From NCBI RefSeq assembly GCF_009914755.1, contig NC_060925.1: 64,000 nt of DNA. The stretch is one strand, 5' to 3'. The notes beneath the pieces are model-generated. The model did not search any database. It worked only from the letters and a program-made list of their open reading frames with translations, and was not told the DNA's origin. Each line of letters begins with the position of its first letter. Position 1 is the first letter of the stretch. This stretch comes from the human T2T-CHM13v2.0 reference genome, Homo sapiens. Shown here in pieces: positions 56,001-64,000 of the stretch. The position numbers were made by a program, and so were the translations under genes.

Positions 56001-56859
56001 GTAAAAATGGAGATGATAATACCTACCTCAGGGTCTTTGCCCTTATTGTTCATTCTCCTGGGGACAGTCTTTCCCAGATATCCGCAAAGGTCACTCTTTT
56101 ACCTCCTTCAGGTCTTCACTCAACTTACCTTTTTGTGAGAACTTTCTTGAACACAATAGCTAAACTTGTAAACCATCTGGCATTTCCTATCCTCTTTCCT
56201 CATTTTATTATTTTCCTTAGCACTCAATACCTAACATACTATATAGCACTCAATTATCTTATTTATTGCCTCTTTCCCACCTCTAGAATGTATGCTCTAT
56301 AAGGGCAGGATTTTTTGTATTCTTTACTGCTGTATCCCCAGTTTCTAGAATGATTTAGGTGATTAATAAATATTTCTTGCATAAATGAATTTTTTGTGAG
56401 TGTAGTGTGAGTAATGTCCTTTGCACAGGACCCGGTACACAGTAAACACTCCAGACATGTTATCTCTTTATGTTACCATTTTATCGCAACTTTCCCTCAT
56501 CTCAGTGGGGCACATGTGTTCTCTTTCTTCTCCAGATAACCCAAGATTAACCCAGGATTAGTACTTTAACCCAGCTAATGAATGTGAAGGCTTGATTCTG
56601 TGAAGATTAGTCTAGAAGCAAGTGGAGTTAATCATTGTGAGGGAAGTAAGAGGGGATTTGTGTGGTTGCTACCTTCAAATACCTAAAGGTGTGTCACATA
56701 GATAGCAATTCCAGGAAGAATACTTCTGCTGCACAAGAAAGGATTTCAACATAATTGGATGTGTAATGATAGAATAATCTGTCTCAGGAGATATCAGGTT
56801 GCTCATTTCTAGAGGTCTCCCAGAAGCTAGGTAACTAAATCTCGTTGACTCTGAGGATA

Positions 56860-60590
<3,731 letters not shown>

Positions 60591-60858
60591 TTGGCAGCCA
60601 GATGATTATGGTCACCATGTCCTTCTCAAATACAGTTGCTGCACTTGTCCATTTACTCCCAGAAGTCAGCAGGAGGTTACCAAGTAATGCTCCAGTGAGT
60701 TACATTTATTTTGTAGTGAGGAGGAATGGCAATAACCACTGCATATTGGGAAGCAGTCCCAGAGCACACTTTTCAGTATGTGGGACTTTACACATACACT
60801 GTATGTTAACTGATACCATTTTCCAGGGTCCGTTTGGACCCGCTCACAGAACAGTGCT

Positions 60859-61848
<990 letters not shown>

Positions 61849-62811
61849 GTGTCCTAGCCAATTCCTAATAGATCAGCCTAAGTTCAATGTCTGTGTAATA
61901 TACAGTTTTTCTTTTTTTTTTTTTTTTTTTTTTTTTGGAGCTTAGGGCTTATGGAAAACCTGCATAAAGCCACTTCCAGGCTTGTCCTCTACATCCATCC
62001 CAGACCAGGTAAAGTTCTTTGCTGCAGTCCTGCTCTGGCAAGTTCTGGCATCTCTCTCCCTGCTCTGGCAGAAGATTACTTGCTGAAGTGCTGCCTGTCC
62101 CAGGATGCTCACCCTGTTGGCTGTTCCTTTCTCTTTTTAAATGACCTGTCATTTTTCCCAACAGTAGGTGTCCCCACTGGCAGCAAGGTGATCAAGCACA
62201 GAACAGACCCTATTAAACTTCACTCTTGCATCTTCAGCAGATTTCCTGTTGATACCTGCAATATTTTAAAAGTCAGCTCCTCCTGGGGGAAAAAGGTAGG
62301 AGCATGAGGTGAGGGAGGGGATGAATGGTTTGTGCACCCCTTGAACTATTTCATCTTTTTAATTATTTTATTCTATTTCCATACAGATGCCTCTTTTGAT
62401 GCTGTTTTAATTGTGATGGCTCTTACAGAAACTCTCTCTCCTGTTCAGAAAAAGGCAATAAAGTTTTCAGGGTTTTGTTTGAAAGCTTCTGGTTCACATG
62501 TGCAAATAATTTTAAAAAAGAGACCCTTTGTAAGGCAAGAGCTCAGAAACCTGCCTCCTATCTACCATGGATGTACCACAAGATTTACCTTAAAAGAGCA
62601 GATGGAAAACCTAGCATTGGCAGCTATGAAACATTCTCTAGGTCTGTTACCTGTTTCAAACCTCCACCACTGCCCGCTGTCAGCTCCCATTGACTCATGC
62701 ATCTCTGAGCTTCTTAATACATATTTCCAAGTACTGGAATCTGTAGGGCTGGATGCAACTCACTCAGACTGGTTAATGGGCTTTGGGTAAGTTGGAGAGG
62801 CTATAAGGTGT

Positions 62812-62868
62812 GTTCAGCTCAATCTTCCTTTCCTAGTAAGAACTTCTAAAGCCACTTACCTTGGGCAT
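62812..62868 (-). repeat. Apparent donor of the 57-bp inverted copy inside the MLT2 LTR
   Basis: Reverse complement atgcccaaggtaagtggctttagaagttcttactaggaaaggaagattgagctgaac matches 60969-61009 joined to 61317-61332. Confidence 0.92.
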
Positions 62869-62989
62869 ACTGACCTTCAGCTGCACTTTGACATTGGAAG
62901 TATGATCTTCACAGCTTAATCTGATAACATGCCAATACTTAGCAAACTGCATCTGGATTGCTCTCATCTTTCCTGATAGGTAATATGAA

Positions 62990-63063
62990 TACACACACAC
63001 ATACAGACACAGACAAAGGAACACACACACATACACGCATGCACGCACATACAAATACACACT
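62990..63063. repeat. Degenerate (CA)n repeat
   Basis: Directly visible. Confidence 0.8.
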
Positions 63064-64000
63064 CATAGCCTTCTTCACATGGTTGTCAGTTTTCCAGAAC
63101 ATCTTGGCACTGGCAGGACTGTCTATGCACTTCATGGAGGGGGCTGGGCTTAGTCCAGGTTTTGTGACAATGGAGTCTACAGAAGGGATGAAATCCAACA
63201 TTTAGGCAAAGACAGGTGCCACCAATGCACCTGCATCCAGCCCAGTGCTCCACGCATTAAGCCTGTAGTGCTTTTAAATCGTTCTTGGAGCTTTGCAAAA
63301 TGTTTCTCCTGCCTAAGCTGTCTCTGGCCTCATACACCTAAGATGTAAATCTTTGCATGTAAGGCAGAGCAAGCGAGCATAAGTCAATGATTCCTGCCCC
63401 ACTGGCAAACTAAAGCAGTGTGGGACCTTTCATTCCTTGTGCATCCCAGGTGGATGAGGACCTGGGAGGCAGAAATGGAAGAACAATGGAGGGAGAAACG
63501 AAGACATCCCACTGCCTCATCCTTCACATGCGTGCATGAGCACTGCATATACCACATGCCCTGTGCCCACTTTCTTTCCCTGCCTTTCCTGAGATTTGAT
63601 TCTATTGAGAGTGTTGCACTCTAGAACACAGAGTGGCAGAGATGGAATGGGATTCAGGGGCTCAGTGAACTCAAAGCCAGTTATGTGATCAGGATTGACA
63701 CTTTGTGTTATTTAACTCTTCATGTCTTTGTGTTTTACTTCTGATCTCAGCTTCTTAAAGTGGGCCACCAACTGTGGCTATCTCTGGAATCCCAACTTTG
63801 CCAAAACACAGCACAAAAGCATTTGCTGCTTTTATTTATGTATGAAGATGACCAGGAAAAGGATCTAGGCATAGGTGAAAGAGGGGTTGAGAATTTGCTA
63901 GGGTTGACCCAAAACCTGATCTGTCCCAGGTTATATGGGACACTTTCTCTTTGAGAGTGAATCTCTCTCTCTAAGAAAGTATTTCCTCTCTGAGGCCTAT

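Overview
Human (primate) genomic DNA with Alu, L1, L2, MIR and ERVL repeats. It covers the last ~17 kb of the final intron of PBX1 (+ strand), the canonical terminal exon ([30 protein letters not shown], 16888-16980) with its ~5.1 kb 3'UTR, and ~42 kb of downstream flank. A second phase-0 acceptor inside the 3'UTR (19644) opens an alternative C-terminus, HLPRHPRQAHYHFRLPTWHP*. The flank holds a Y3 RNA pseudogene, a tailless 5S rRNA fragment with 16-bp TSDs, an L3/CR1 relic, a decayed ERVL pol region, an MLT2 LTR and long GGAA/GAAA microsatellites. Almost all listed ORFs are chance or repeat-derived. I cannot support a new biological system from the sequence alone. The most unexpected signal is three short local copies of unique-looking DNA 1.8-2.5 kb apart: ~200 bp direct, 88 bp direct, and a 57-bp inverted copy with a fold-back end, inserted in an LTR and later hit by an Alu. 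Repeat subfamily names and boundaries are from recall of consensus sequences and are approximate.
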